Positions 1 to 9,770 of a stretch of DNA of 64,000 nucleotides are shown here, in pieces. The stretch is taken from NCBI GenBank assembly GCA_037444405.1, contig JBBIML010000006.1, positions 1-64,000 of the forward strand, read 5' to 3'. The stretch comes from Armatimonadota bacterium (GTDB taxonomy: Bacteria > Armatimonadota > Fimbriimonadia > Fimbriimonadales > GBS-DC). Numbering within the stretch: the stretch's first letter is position 1; every line of letters begins with the position of its first letter. The notes below the pieces were generated by a model, which searched no databases, was not told where the DNA came from, and saw only the letters and a program-made list of their open reading frames with translations. The position numbers were made by a program, and so were the translations under genes.

Positions 1-435
1 TTCAGGTGCAGTACTTCGGGCGAAACCAGCAAATGCATCTGCTTCGAGGGTGTGCCAGGCGCCGTCCTGATAGAGGATGGCGCCCTCCACCATCGTGAGG
101 GCGACATCCTCACTGCGGGCGACCAGCTCCAGCGTGCTGCCAGTCGTGTCGGGGTCAAACCAGGTGGGACCAATCCCGTCCGTCGTGATGAACCACACAT
201 GGCGGTTGCCCCAGCCACACTGAGAGTACCAGTCCGGGTCAGGGTCGCCGTTCGGCTCGAAGCCCTGACAATCGGTCGAGGTGTCGGACAGGGTGAGACA
301 CCCGTTCGCAAAGGACCAGGTGAAGGTGGACGACGCATCGTCGTGCCACACATAAGGTCGCACCCATACATCCTGCGCGCTTGCCCACATTGCAACGGCA
401 GCGCTTCCAATCAGAATCATCAGCCATCGCTTCAT
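1..435 (-). CDS. Secreted hypothetical protein, runs off the window edge (not in the ORF track)
   Basis: Manual translation from ATG 435 gives MKRWLMILIGSAAVAMWASAQDVWVRPY..., open to position 1. Signal peptide with AxA site and GGAGG RBS upstream. Confidence 0.8.
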   Translation of the reverse strand, partial: MKRWLMILIGSAAVAMWASAQDVWVRPYVWHDDASSTFTWSFANGCLTLSDTSTDCQGFEPNGDPDPDWYSQCGWGNRHVWFITTDGIGPTWFDPDTTGSTLELVARSEDVALTMVEGAILYQDGAWHTLEADAFAGFARSTAPE

Positions 436-521
436 CGCCTGTACCTCCGTTCGTTGGATTGTGAACCAATCGGCACGGCTTGTTGAGGCTAATCGAGTGC
501 CGTTAACCGATTAGCGTCTCT

Positions 522-551
522 ATTATACCCCACTCTGGGGGCGTTTGTCAA
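522..551 (-). promoter_or_regulatory. Sigma70-type promoter for the 1..435 gene
   Basis: TTGACA-18 nt-TATAAT on the minus strand. Confidence 0.75.
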
Positions 552-557
552 GAGCTC

Positions 558-955
558 GAGAGGCTGTTCGAGAATTCCCTCCATAACCCATTCCCGCCCC
601 ACCCACACAAAAAACACCCCACCCGCTTTCAGCAACTTCCACCTTCCACAGCACCAGCATCCCCTACACCCGTGCCATCCACCACCGTCAGTGTCGCCTC
701 CCGCAACGCCTCCGCTTGCTCTGCCCGCTGCTGGCGCTTGATGGCAATCCCTTGCTCTGCCAGCCAAGCCAAGAAGGCGTGCCCGCGTTCGGGCGGGATT
801 GTGCCGAGCCGATAGAGGAAGGTGCCTAAGGCAGGCACAGGGTGTTGGGACAGGAGTTGGGGGTGAGGCAGAAGAGGAGTTGGCGGTAGGAGGCTTTGTG
901 GCGGGTCATCAGGAGGGCGAGGGTACAGCCTCGATCGATCTTGGCAAAAAGGCTT
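558..955 (-). pseudogene. Degenerate DDE transposase / IS remnant (IS4/IS5-like)
   Basis: Frameshifted fragments TLALLMTRHKASYRQLLF and PALGTFLYRL...VVDGTG (first-Asp-like motif), then truncation. An IS-end-like GAGGCTGTTCGAGAA lies at ~559-573. Confidence 0.5.
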
Positions 956-1028
956 TTGGTGAGGTATAATTTTGGTAGGAGACATGCAACCGCGTGAGCT
1001 CCCACAACACTCAAGAGGAGGAACAACG

Positions 1029-2075
1029 ATGGACGAAGCCAAGCTGTATGCGTTTATGGATAAGGTAGTGGCCGACATGGGGGGCGCTGCGACATGGGCG
1101 ACCGTGCTTGTCGGTGACGAGCTGGGATTGTACCAGGCGATGGCTGGTAGTGGATTTCTCACCCCGGAGGAACTCGCGGAGCGGACAAGCTGCAACCCGC
1201 GGCTGGTGCGGGAGTGGCTCTGCGCCCAGGCTGCAGCGGGCTATGTTGAGACCGCCGACGGGCGGTTCCGTCTGCCAGAGGAGCAGGCGATGGCGCTGGC
1301 AGACAGGGATTCCCCTGTCTATGTCGCAGGTGGCGCTTATGTTCTGGCAAGCATGTTTCTGGACAAGGACAAGATTGTCGCCGCGATGCGTGGCGACGGC
1401 GCTCTGTCATGGGGCGACCACCATCCGTGTCTGTTTATTGGCGCGGAGCGCTTCTTCAGACCGGGTTATCGCGCTCATCTGGTGGCTGAATGGCTACCTG
1501 CCCTTGAAGGTGTCGTTCCCAAGCTCGAGGCAGGGGCGACGGTTGCCGATGTTGGCTGCGGACATGGTGCATCGACCATCGTCATGGCGGAGGCTTACCC
1601 CAGCTCGCGTTTCTTCGGGTTCGACTTCCACGCCCCGTCGATCGAGACGGCGCGTGCGCGCGCGGCTGAAAGCGGCGTCTCCGACCGCGTGACATTCGAG
1701 GTCAGCACGGCTAAAGACTATCCGGCTCGTGGTTACGACCTCATCTGTTTCTTCGACTGTCTCCACGACATGGGCGATCCTGTAGGTGCCGCGCGCCATG
1801 CCTATGAAGCGCTTGCACCCGACGGAACAGTGCTTCTTGTGGAGCCGTTCGCCGGCGACCGGCTTGAGGAGAACCTGACCCCGGTAGGGCGCATGTTCTA
1901 CGCAGCGTCGACTTTCGTTTGCACGCCGAGTTCGCTCTCCCAGGAGGTTGGACTGGGGCTGGGTGCGCAGGCAGGCGAGGAGCGTCTTCGCGAAGTATTT
2001 ATGGAGGCAGGCTTCAGCCACTTCCGCCGCGCGACGGAAACCCCGTTCAACTTGATTCTGGAAGCCAGAAAGTAA
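1029..2075 (+). CDS. Class I SAM-dependent methyltransferase with N-terminal winged helix (Rv2258c-like)
   Basis: VADVGCGHG SAM motif, FDCLHDMGDP, N-terminal 'GDELGLY...ELAERT...VREWL'. GAGGAGG RBS and GGTATAAT at 963-970. Confidence 0.9.
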   Translation: MDEAKLYAFMDKVVADMGGAATWATVLVGDELGLYQAMAGSGFLTPEELAERTSCNPRLVREWLCAQAAAGYVETADGRFRLPEEQAMALADRDSPVYVAGGAYVLASMFLDKDKIVAAMRGDGALSWGDHHPCLFIGAERFFRPGYRAHLVAEWLPALEGVVPKLEAGATVADVGCGHGASTIVMAEAYPSSRFFGFDFHAPSIETARARAAESGVSDRVTFEVSTAKDYPARGYDLICFFDCLHDMGDPVGAARHAYEALAPDGTVLLVEPFAGDRLEENLTPVGRMFYAASTFVCTPSSLSQEVGLGLGAQAGEERLREVFMEAGFSHFRRATETPFNLILEARK

Positions 2076-2213
2076 CGGTTCCCTGTACGCAACCGGTTGC
2101 AGCAGGCGGGCTGCTGGCGGCTCCGCCGCTGCAACCGGGGCGTGGGGCTTGCCTCCGCACACATCACGGCATAGTGGAGCGCATTTCTCTTGCGTGCGGG
2201 TATCATTCCTGCG

Positions 2214-3989
2214 ATGAGCTGGAAGCGAACCCATTTTTGCGGCGAGTTGCGTTCCGAGCATGTGGGGCAAGCGGTGCGCCTGAACGGCTGGGTGCATCGC
2301 GTGCGCGATCTGGGCGGGCTGATTTTTATCGACATGCGCGACCGCACGGGGCTGGTGCAGGTGGTGTTCGACCCCGCCATCGATCGCGCCTTGCACGAGC
2401 GCGCAGGCGACCTGCGCGTGGAGTATTGCATCGGCATCGAGGGCGAGGTGCGCCGCCGACGACCCGGTGCCGAGAACCCCAAACTGCCCACCGGCGAGAT
2501 CGAAGTGTTCGCGCATACGCTCACCGTGTTCAATCCGTCCCGCACGCCACCCTTCCCGCTGAATGAGGAGCGACTGGAGGTGGACGAGAACCTCCGCCTG
2601 AAATATCGCTATCTCGATTTGCGCCGCCCGGCGATGTATCGCCGCCTCGAACTGCGCCATCGCGTGGTCAAATATATTCGCGATTTCCTGTCCGAGCGCG
2701 GCTTTCTGGAGGTGGAGACGCCCATCCTCATCAAAAGCACGCCCGAAGGCGCCCGCGACTACCTCGTGCCCAGCCGACTCTATCCGGGCAAGTTCTACGC
2801 GCTGCCCCAGTCGCCCCAGCAACTCAAGCAGCTGCTGATGGTAGCAGGCGTGGAACGCTACTTCCAGATTGCCCGCTGCTTCCGCGACGAAGACCCCCGC
2901 GCCGACCGCCAACCAGAGTTCACCCAGCTCGATCTGGAGATGTCGTTCGTGGAACGCGACGATATTCTGAACCTGATCGAGGAGCTATTTATCGGCATCG
3001 TGGAGAACTGTACCGGGAAGCGCGTGCTGAAGCCGTTCCCGCGCCTCACTTACGATGAGGCGATGGCACGCTACGGCACGGACAAGCCTGACCTGCGCTT
3101 CGGCATGGAGCTGGTCGATCTCACCGATGTGGTGCGTGAGACAGGCTTTCAGGCGTTCCGCGCAGTGATTGAAGCAGGCGGTGTGGTGAAGGCAATCGCC
3201 ATCCCGGGCTGTGCGGGCTACTCGCGCAGGGAGTGGGACGAGCTGAGCGAGTTTGTGAAGCAGTACGGCGCGAAGGGGCTGGCTCCAATCGCGCTCACGC
3301 CCGAAGGCATCCGCTCGCCCATCGCCAAGTTTTTGAGCGAGGAAGAGCTGCAGGGCATCCTTCAGCGCACAGGCGCGAAAGAGGGCGACCTGATAGGCAT
3401 CGTCGCTGACCAGCCTGCCGTTGTGAATCACGCGCTCGGACGCCTGCGCCAGCAGATGGGTGAACGCCTGCAACTCGCCGACCCCGACCTCATGGCGTTC
3501 GCATGGATTCTCGACTTCCCCCTGCTGGAGTGGAACGAGAAGGAGAACCGCTGGGACCCGACGCACCATCCCTTCACCGCGCCGCGCGAGGAGGACATCC
3601 CCCTGCTGGACACCGATCCGGGCAGGGTTCGCGCCCAGTGCTACGATCTGGTCTGCAACGGCAACGAGCTTGCCAGCGGCAGCATCCGTATCCATCGGCG
3701 CGACCTGCAGGACAAAATCTTTCACCTGCTGGGCTACAGCGATGAGGAGATCAAAGAGCGGTTCGGGCACCTGCTGGAGGCGTTCGAGTACGGCGCGCCG
3801 CCGCACGGCGGGATTGCACCCGGCATCGACCGCCTCGTGATGTTGCTATCGGGCGACGAAACAATTCGGAATGTGATTGCCTTCCCCAAGAACACGGCGA
3901 TGGTCGATGTGATGTTCGGTGCGCCGTCGCCTGTGAGCGAGGAGCAGCTGCGCGAGCTGCATATCCGAATCGTGCTGGATGAAGAATGA
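2214..3989 (+). CDS. aspS: Aspartate--tRNA ligase
   Basis: OB-fold [13 protein letters not shown], motif 2 [22 protein letters not shown] insert, motif 3 [14 protein letters not shown]. Confidence 0.97.
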   Translation: MSWKRTHFCGELRSEHVGQAVRLNGWVHRVRDLGGLIFIDMRDRTGLVQVVFDPAIDRALHERAGDLRVEYCIGIEGEVRRRRPGAENPKLPTGEIEVFAHTLTVFNPSRTPPFPLNEERLEVDENLRLKYRYLDLRRPAMYRRLELRHRVVKYIRDFLSERGFLEVETPILIKSTPEGARDYLVPSRLYPGKFYALPQSPQQLKQLLMVAGVERYFQIARCFRDEDPRADRQPEFTQLDLEMSFVERDDILNLIEELFIGIVENCTGKRVLKPFPRLTYDEAMARYGTDKPDLRFGMELVDLTDVVRETGFQAFRAVIEAGGVVKAIAIPGCAGYSRREWDELSEFVKQYGAKGLAPIALTPEGIRSPIAKFLSEEELQGILQRTGAKEGDLIGIVADQPAVVNHALGRLRQQMGERLQLADPDLMAFAWILDFPLLEWNEKENRWDPTHHPFTAPREEDIPLLDTDPGRVRAQCYDLVCNGNELASGSIRIHRRDLQDKIFHLLGYSDEEIKERFGHLLEAFEYGAPPHGGIAPGIDRLVMLLSGDETIRNVIAFPKNTAMVDVMFGAPSPVSEEQLRELHIRIVLDEE

Positions 3990-4900
3990 TTGAGCTGCAC
4001 GCGCCTGCCAAGATCAACCTCACGCTGGAGGTGCTGAAGCGTCGCGCGGATGGCTACCACACCATCGCGAGCGTGATGCACACGCTGAGTCTGCACGATA
4101 CGCTGATTTTGACACCCATCCCGAAGCGTCGACCACCGATTATATTGGAGGTGGGGGGCTTTGCCGTGCCGACCGATGAGCGCAATCTGATCTGGCGGGC
4201 GCTGGAGCAGGTGGGCGCGACGGCGCAATCGGGCTGGCATGTGCGCCTGATCAAGCGCATCCCGCCGCAGGGCGGTCTCGGCGGAGGCAGCAGCGACGCC
4301 GCCGCGATTGTGCGCTATTTTATGGGGGGGCAGTTCCACAAAACCCTCCCCCCCTCTGGGGAAGAGGGTGCGGGTGAGGGGGCTGAAATGGAGTTGCTGG
4401 CAATCGCCCGGCAGCTTGGCTCCGATGTGCCCTTCTTTTTGAAAGGGGCGTGCGCGCGTGTGGGCGGGCGGGGCGAGCAGGTACAGCCGCTGCCCGCGCT
4501 GCCGCCCTTCTGGTGGGTGCTGGCTCAACCGCCCGATGTGGGCGTCTCCACCGCATGGGCGTATGCACAGCTATCCAGTCGCCTTGAGGCGCTCAGACAG
4601 GCACGCATGTTCGCTCCAACAGAAACCCTGGCGGCAGCCATCCGGCAGGGCGCGATTCAGACTCCCGAACAGCTGGCGCCTCTCCTGCACAACGATTTCG
4701 AGGCGGTGGTGCTGGACGTGCTGGAACCCCTTCAGCAGTTGCGGGCGCGCATGGAGTCGCTGGGCGCGATCCGCGTGCTGCTGTGCGGCAGCGGCGCGGC
4801 GCAGGGGGCATTGTGCGCCGCGCAAAGCGACGCGGAACGAATCGCCAGCATCCTGCAATCGGAGGGCTACTGGGCGGTTGCCGCCCAACTTGGGCTATAA
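3986..4900 (+). CDS. ispE: 4-diphosphocytidyl-2-C-methyl-D-erythritol kinase
   Basis: [26 protein letters not shown] (GHMP motif), [16 protein letters not shown] overlap with aspS. Confidence 0.93.
   Translation: MIELHAPAKINLTLEVLKRRADGYHTIASVMHTLSLHDTLILTPIPKRRPPIILEVGGFAVPTDERNLIWRALEQVGATAQSGWHVRLIKRIPPQGGLGGGSSDAAAIVRYFMGGQFHKTLPPSGEEGAGEGAEMELLAIARQLGSDVPFFLKGACARVGGRGEQVQPLPALPPFWWVLAQPPDVGVSTAWAYAQLSSRLEALRQARMFAPTETLAAAIRQGAIQTPEQLAPLLHNDFEAVVLDVLEPLQQLRARMESLGAIRVLLCGSGAAQGALCAAQSDAERIASILQSEGYWAVAAQLGL
4344..4383 (+). repeat. CCCTCTCCC/GGGAGAGGG-type palindromic repeat, in-frame within ispE
   Basis: Very similar to 37693-37733 (minus strand) and to the intergenic hairpin at 46968-46995. 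Confidence 0.7.
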
Positions 4901-4909
4901 TAGCATGGT

Positions 4910-6619
4910 ATGCGCACGCTAACAGGGTTGCTCAGCCTGATTCTGCTGGCGCAGAGCGGGTTCACACAGAGTGTTCTCTGGAGCCGGCTGTTTGTGCCTT
5001 CTAGCTCGCGGGGTTGCCTGCCGCAGGTCGCCGCCATCGATTCGCAGGGCAATCTGCTGATTGCAGCGCGCTACATTATGGACGCAGGGCATTACGGCGT
5101 CGCTGTGCTGAAATACTCTCCGCAGGGCGACCTGCTGTGGGCGCGCACCATCAGCGAATCGGGGCAATCCTACAACGCTGAAGCGATTGCCGCCGCGCCC
5201 GATAACTCCTTCTACTTAGCCATCACCCGCGCCGACAAAGACTCGCTGGCTTATGTGCAGCGCTGGTCAGCCGATGGCACGATGCTCTGGTCAGCGACGG
5301 TCGATCTGGGCGATTACGATGTGGTTCGTCGGTTGATTGTTCGTCCGAACGGGGTGGAGGTGTTTCACGCCTACGGCACGAACTGGCTTGGCTATGCGCG
5401 ACTGCTGTTTGATGGCAACGGCACGCCGCTCGCCCGGCACCTTTTCGCGCCCGCGCAGACGCTGACATGGAGCCGCGCCCCGCTGGGCATCCTGCGCCTG
5501 AACACGACCACAAGCCTGCTGATTGTGCGTGTGCCCGACCCCGACGGCATCCTGCAGCGCTGGGATCACACGCTGCTGCAGTGGCTCAGCGACACGGGCA
5601 CGGTTCAACAGGAGCTGTTGTTGCCGCTCTATGCCGAGCGCTCGGCGCAGGCGAGCGACGGCACGATCTATCTGCTGGGCACGGTCTGGGAGCCGTCGGC
5701 ACAGCAGGCGCGGCTGCTGCTGATGCACCTGACCGCCGACGGCACATTGCTCTGGCAACTGCCTATCAGCATCGCGCCGGGCGACTCGATCCCCGATGTG
5801 CTGACCGCGCTGGGCAGGGGCTGGCTGATCGCGGGCAACGCCGAGTCGCCCGACGGGCAGGCGACGGTCGTTGCGCTGGGTGATGCGGACGGCAACTTGA
5901 CGGGTTCGCAAACGCTCAGTGGCGTCTCTCGCGCCGTCGCGGGCGTCCACACGAGCGCGAACGCCTGCGCCCTGCTGATTGCCCGGCTGACCGATGCCGA
6001 GCGATGGAAGCCGCTCTTGCAATGGTGGCGACCCGATGGCTCGCTGATGGGCGCGCTCGCGCTGGGTGGGTTGAGCCAAGCAGACGAGCAGCCCGAACTG
6101 CTGATCGACGCGCCCGACGCCAGCCTGTACGCCATCAGCACGGTCAATCAGGGCAGCGACAACATCCCTGCCGTCGGCATCCAGCGCGTGCAGGCGCCCC
6201 CGTTTTTAACGGGGCGAATCATCCTGAGCGATTACCTGCCCGATCCAGCAGGCAAGACAGCGCAGTTCAGTTTCCAGAGCGGTCAGCAGACCGACGCCAC
6301 CACGACTGTGTTGCAGGCAAATGGTCAATACACCGTCGCCACCGCGCTGAGCGGTACGGCGTCGGTGCGCGTGCGGGTGCCCGGCTGGCTCTCCCGACGG
6401 CAAACGCTCACCCTTGCGCCTGATACCAGCGTAAACTGGACGCTCATCAACGGCGACGCGAACCGCGACAACCAGATCGACGACGCCGATCTGCTGATGG
6501 TGCTGTTCGCCTTTGGGCAAACGGGTTCGAGCCTGCCTGAAGATGTGAACGGCGACGGCGCGGTGGACGACGCCGACCTGCTGATTGTGCTGTTCAACTT
6601 TGGCAGTGTGGGCGAGTAG
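4910..6619 (+). CDS. Secreted beta-propeller-like protein with C-terminal dockerin-like module
   Basis: Signal peptide, 'KYSPQGDLLW' type blades, C-terminal GDANRDNQIDDADLL...DVNGDGAVDDADLLIVLFNFG. Confidence 0.8.
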   Translation: MRTLTGLLSLILLAQSGFTQSVLWSRLFVPSSSRGCLPQVAAIDSQGNLLIAARYIMDAGHYGVAVLKYSPQGDLLWARTISESGQSYNAEAIAAAPDNSFYLAITRADKDSLAYVQRWSADGTMLWSATVDLGDYDVVRRLIVRPNGVEVFHAYGTNWLGYARLLFDGNGTPLARHLFAPAQTLTWSRAPLGILRLNTTTSLLIVRVPDPDGILQRWDHTLLQWLSDTGTVQQELLLPLYAERSAQASDGTIYLLGTVWEPSAQQARLLLMHLTADGTLLWQLPISIAPGDSIPDVLTALGRGWLIAGNAESPDGQATVVALGDADGNLTGSQTLSGVSRAVAGVHTSANACALLIARLTDAERWKPLLQWWRPDGSLMGALALGGLSQADEQPELLIDAPDASLYAISTVNQGSDNIPAVGIQRVQAPPFLTGRIILSDYLPDPAGKTAQFSFQSGQQTDATTTVLQANGQYTVATALSGTASVRVRVPGWLSRRQTLTLAPDTSVNWTLINGDANRDNQIDDADLLMVLFAFGQTGSSLPEDVNGDGAVDDADLLIVLFNFGSVGE

Positions 6620-7505
6620 GGGCAGGCGCCTGCACGGGTTCGGCGTACGGGTGCGACTGTCGCCACTGGCGCACGAGGCGATTGGGTTGCCATGGCGCTC
6701 GCAGAAACAGCGTGCCGATGCTGAAGGCGCGGGCGCCCAGCGCCCACAGCTCCTCCAGATCGCTCAGCGTATAAATCCCACCTCCAGCAATAATCGGCAG
6801 GCGGGTGGCGTGGCTCAATCGGGCGACCGCCTCGCGCACGAAGGGGCGTATCGGCTCGCCCGACACCGCTCCGCCGCCCAGATGCGTTAGCGGCGACCGA
6901 CGCTCTGGAAACACCACACCCCAGGGCACCGCGTTAATCGCATGGATCGCCTCCGCGATGCCCTCCAGCGCCTGCGCCAGCTCCACATAGGGCTGGTCAT
7001 AGCCGACCTTCACAATCAGCGGATGTCCCGCCTCGCGCAGCGCGCGGGCGACCGCCACCACATGCGCAACGGCTGAATCGTGCGGCACATTCGGGCAGGA
7101 GGCGTTCAGCTCAATCGCTGTCAGTCGCAGAGAGGTTAGCTGTTGCGCCATCTGCTGCGCCTCCGCCACCGTTTCAGCATGCACCGACACGATGGTCTGC
7201 AAGCCCATCCGTTGCATGCGGGGGTAGCAGGCATGGAGCCACCACTCGATGCCGGGGTTGGTCAGCCCGACGGCGTTCACCGTGCCGCCAGGGATGAGGC
7301 GCACGCAGCGCCAGGGCGCGTACCAGCGCAGGTTGCCCCTGCGCGGGCGCAGCGTGAGCGTTTTGACCACGATAGCGAACTCGCGCGGGTTCAGCAGTCC
7401 CACCCAGCGCAGGGGCTGCTCCCACCACCAGCCGCGCCCGTCGAAGCCCAGCGCGCCGCTGCCCGTGAGAAACTCCACCCGCTCACCGTTCGAGAAAGCG
7501 ATCAT
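6594..7505 (-). CDS. pyrD: Dihydroorotate dehydrogenase family 1-like FMN enzyme
   Basis: VVKTLT, NAVGLTNPG, ELNASCPN (catalytic Cys), GAVSG, IIAGGGI. Confidence 0.75.
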   Translation of the reverse strand: MIAFSNGERVEFLTGSGALGFDGRGWWWEQPLRWVGLLNPREFAIVVKTLTLRPRRGNLRWYAPWRCVRLIPGGTVNAVGLTNPGIEWWLHACYPRMQRMGLQTIVSVHAETVAEAQQMAQQLTSLRLTAIELNASCPNVPHDSAVAHVVAVARALREAGHPLIVKVGYDQPYVELAQALEGIAEAIHAINAVPWGVVFPERRSPLTHLGGGAVSGEPIRPFVREAVARLSHATRLPIIAGGGIYTLSDLEELWALGARAFSIGTLFLRAPWQPNRLVRQWRQSHPYAEPVQAPAPTRPHCQS

Positions 7506-7593
7506 GAGCCAGCCTCATCTAATCGAAGGTTATACCTTAGCCCCAAATATCGTTCTCGACGCGGATGGTATCGAACGGTGCTGTATGGCGGGG

Positions 7594-8901
7594 CTACTGC
7601 TCGGCGTCTACTGGGTGATTCTGGTCCGAGGGGGCGTCAGGCGCGTCGTTTAATCCCAGCGGGACCTTCTCAAGCGCTTCCTGCGCCGCTGGCGCTTTCG
7701 CCTCAAGCGTGGCGGGTTCGGCGGGCTTTTCGGGTTCCGCGTCGCCGTAGAAGTAGCGCAGAACTGCCCGTATGATAATCAGCAGGGAGGCGGTGGCGGG
7801 CACGGCGAGCATCATGCCCCAGATGCCGCCGATGGTTGCGCCCACCACAATCGCCACCAGCGCGGCTAACGGGCGCAGCCCCACCGCCCCACCCAGCAGG
7901 CGCGGCGTGATGAGCATATCGAACAGCGTGTTCAGCCCCATGCCCGCCAGCACCACAATCAGCGCGTGCCAGATTTTGGCGGGCGTGAACACAAACAGCA
8001 GCGGCGACGGCTCGAACAGCAGGGTGAACCCGCCCGAAGTGAGCGCGATCAGGAACGCGCCCACATACGGGATCGGATAGAGCAACCCCGCCAGCACGCC
8101 CAGCAGCACCGGGTTCGGCGCGCCCAGCACCCAGAAGAACACCATGCAGGTCAGCCCGTAGGTGAGCGCCGCCGTCACCAGACCCCGAATGTAGTTAAAG
8201 AACACTGTGCCAATCTCGTTCAGCAGCTGGCTGGCTGGCTCCCGCTGCTGGGGCGGCAACAGATACAGGAACGAACGCCGAATGTGGGGCATATCCAGCA
8301 GGAAAAAGTAGACGCTCAAGGGGATCAGTATCACCCAGATGACGCGCGACAGCACGCCAATCAGCGTCTGCACCAGCGCGTTGAACACCTTGGTCGCCCA
8401 GCCGGTGAGCAGTTGTTGCAGGCGCGTGCGCCACCGCTCGGAGGTCTTCTCGATCTCTTCGGGCGTGGTGGGGATGCCCAGCCGCTGCAGCAGCTCGCGA
8501 TTGCGCTGAATCCACGGCTGACGGCGCTGCACCTCCCGCTCCAGATAGTCCTGCGTCTGCGCCACCCAGTTGTTCACCGTGCGCGTGAGATTGGCGTTTT
8601 TGGACGAGGAGAAGAAATCGATAATGCTCTGCGCCTGCTGATAGAAGCTGGGGATTAACGACACACCGATGGCGAGTGTCAGCAGGATGAAACCGAGGAA
8701 CACATTGAACACGGCGCGCGGGCGCGAGAACCCGCGTCGGCACAGCCGCTCCACGAACGGGTTCAACAGCAGCGCGATAATGCCCGCAATCAGGAAGGGC
8801 ACCAGCGCGCCGAGAATCAGATAAAAGAAGTAGAGGGTGGCAGCGATGAGGAGCGTGCTGAATAGAATCGCTGCCACCACGAGGAAGATTCGCCCGAACA
8901 T
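7594..8901 (-). CDS. AI-2E family transporter
   Basis: Multi-TM with PFLIA..IA.LLNP, YIRG, IPYVG, PRLLG..VGL.P motifs. Confidence 0.9.
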   Translation of the reverse strand: MFGRIFLVVAAILFSTLLIAATLYFFYLILGALVPFLIAGIIALLLNPFVERLCRRGFSRPRAVFNVFLGFILLTLAIGVSLIPSFYQQAQSIIDFFSSSKNANLTRTVNNWVAQTQDYLEREVQRRQPWIQRNRELLQRLGIPTTPEEIEKTSERWRTRLQQLLTGWATKVFNALVQTLIGVLSRVIWVILIPLSVYFFLLDMPHIRRSFLYLLPPQQREPASQLLNEIGTVFFNYIRGLVTAALTYGLTCMVFFWVLGAPNPVLLGVLAGLLYPIPYVGAFLIALTSGGFTLLFEPSPLLFVFTPAKIWHALIVVLAGMGLNTLFDMLITPRLLGGAVGLRPLAALVAIVVGATIGGIWGMMLAVPATASLLIIIRAVLRYFYGDAEPEKPAEPATLEAKAPAAQEALEKVPLGLNDAPDAPSDQNHPVDAEQ

Positions 8902-8902
8902 C

Positions 8903-9172
8903 TCAGGCTTCCTCGGAAGTAACCTCCTCGCCTGTGGCGCGGCGGCTGATGCGCTCGCGCACATTGCGGACGGTCTCGCCGCCCTTCTCGTAAGCCTGCT
9001 GGGCGAGTTCGCGCACCTTCTCGGAGAGTTCCTGCACGCGCTGGCTCAGCTCGCCGCGCAGTTCCTCTCCCGATTTGGGCGCGAATAGCAGTCCAAGCAC
9101 GGCGCCGATCAGCACGCCCAGCCCGATACCCGCCAGCAGATAGAGCAGCCCACTGCGCTCATCGTGGTTCAT
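8903..9172 (-). CDS. YtxH domain protein
   Basis: GxxxG TM followed by LLFAPKSGEELR and a coiled coil. Confidence 0.88.
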   Translation of the reverse strand: MNHDERSGLLYLLAGIGLGVLIGAVLGLLFAPKSGEELRGELSQRVQELSEKVRELAQQAYEKGGETVRNVRERISRRATGEEVTSEEA

Positions 9173-9770
9173 CGTTCATCCCTCCTTGCTCGTTGGTTGG
9201 GTTCGCCTCCGCGTGGGAGGCAGATTCTGCCCCTGTGGGGACAGAACTCCCGTCACAGGCGGCATCCTGCCGCGAGTCGGTCGCGGGCGTTGCGGGCGCA
9301 TGCAGTTCCCCACTGCTCATGCGCCATGCGTCGCCTGGGATCGGGCGACGCTGGGCGCCACCCTGCAGGCGTCGCAGCAGGAGCTGACCGCCCAGCTTGA
9401 ACGCCTGATTCATGAGTTTGCCGAGCAGTCGCGCCGCCTTTTCGGGCACGCGCCGCACCTTGCCCGCCACCTCATCCGCCACCTCCAGCTTGTGGCGGAT
9501 GTTGTCCGTGACGATATGCAGGTTCTCGATGGTTTCGGCGGCTTCGTGCAGGGCGCGATGGGCTTCCTGCAATGCCTGCGTGGTGGTCTGCAACGCAGGC
9601 ACGGTCTCTTCCAGCACGCGCCCCAGCCGCCCGTTCAGCTCGTCCACGCGCCGACGCAGCACGGGCAACTCCCTGCGCGCCTGCACCAGCAGGGCAATCG
9701 TCGCCCAGCACAGCACCAGCAGCGTCAGCGCCATCAGCACAATCAGGATCAGCAGCAAAGTGTCGCTCAT
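9159..9770 (-). CDS. YtxG/DUF948-like membrane-anchored coiled-coil protein
   Basis: N-terminal TM plus coiled coil, directly upstream of ytxH. Confidence 0.6.
   Translation of the reverse strand: MSDTLLLILIVLMALTLLVLCWATIALLVQARRELPVLRRRVDELNGRLGRVLEETVPALQTTTQALQEAHRALHEAAETIENLHIVTDNIRHKLEVADEVAGKVRRVPEKAARLLGKLMNQAFKLGGQLLLRRLQGGAQRRPIPGDAWRMSSGELHAPATPATDSRQDAACDGSSVPTGAESASHAEANPTNEQGGMNDEPR

Noticed and set aside
2214..2520. Assigning AspRS as discriminating or non-discriminating
   Set aside because: Diagnostic positions look mixed (RDLGG versus RPGAEN), so this cannot be decided by eye.
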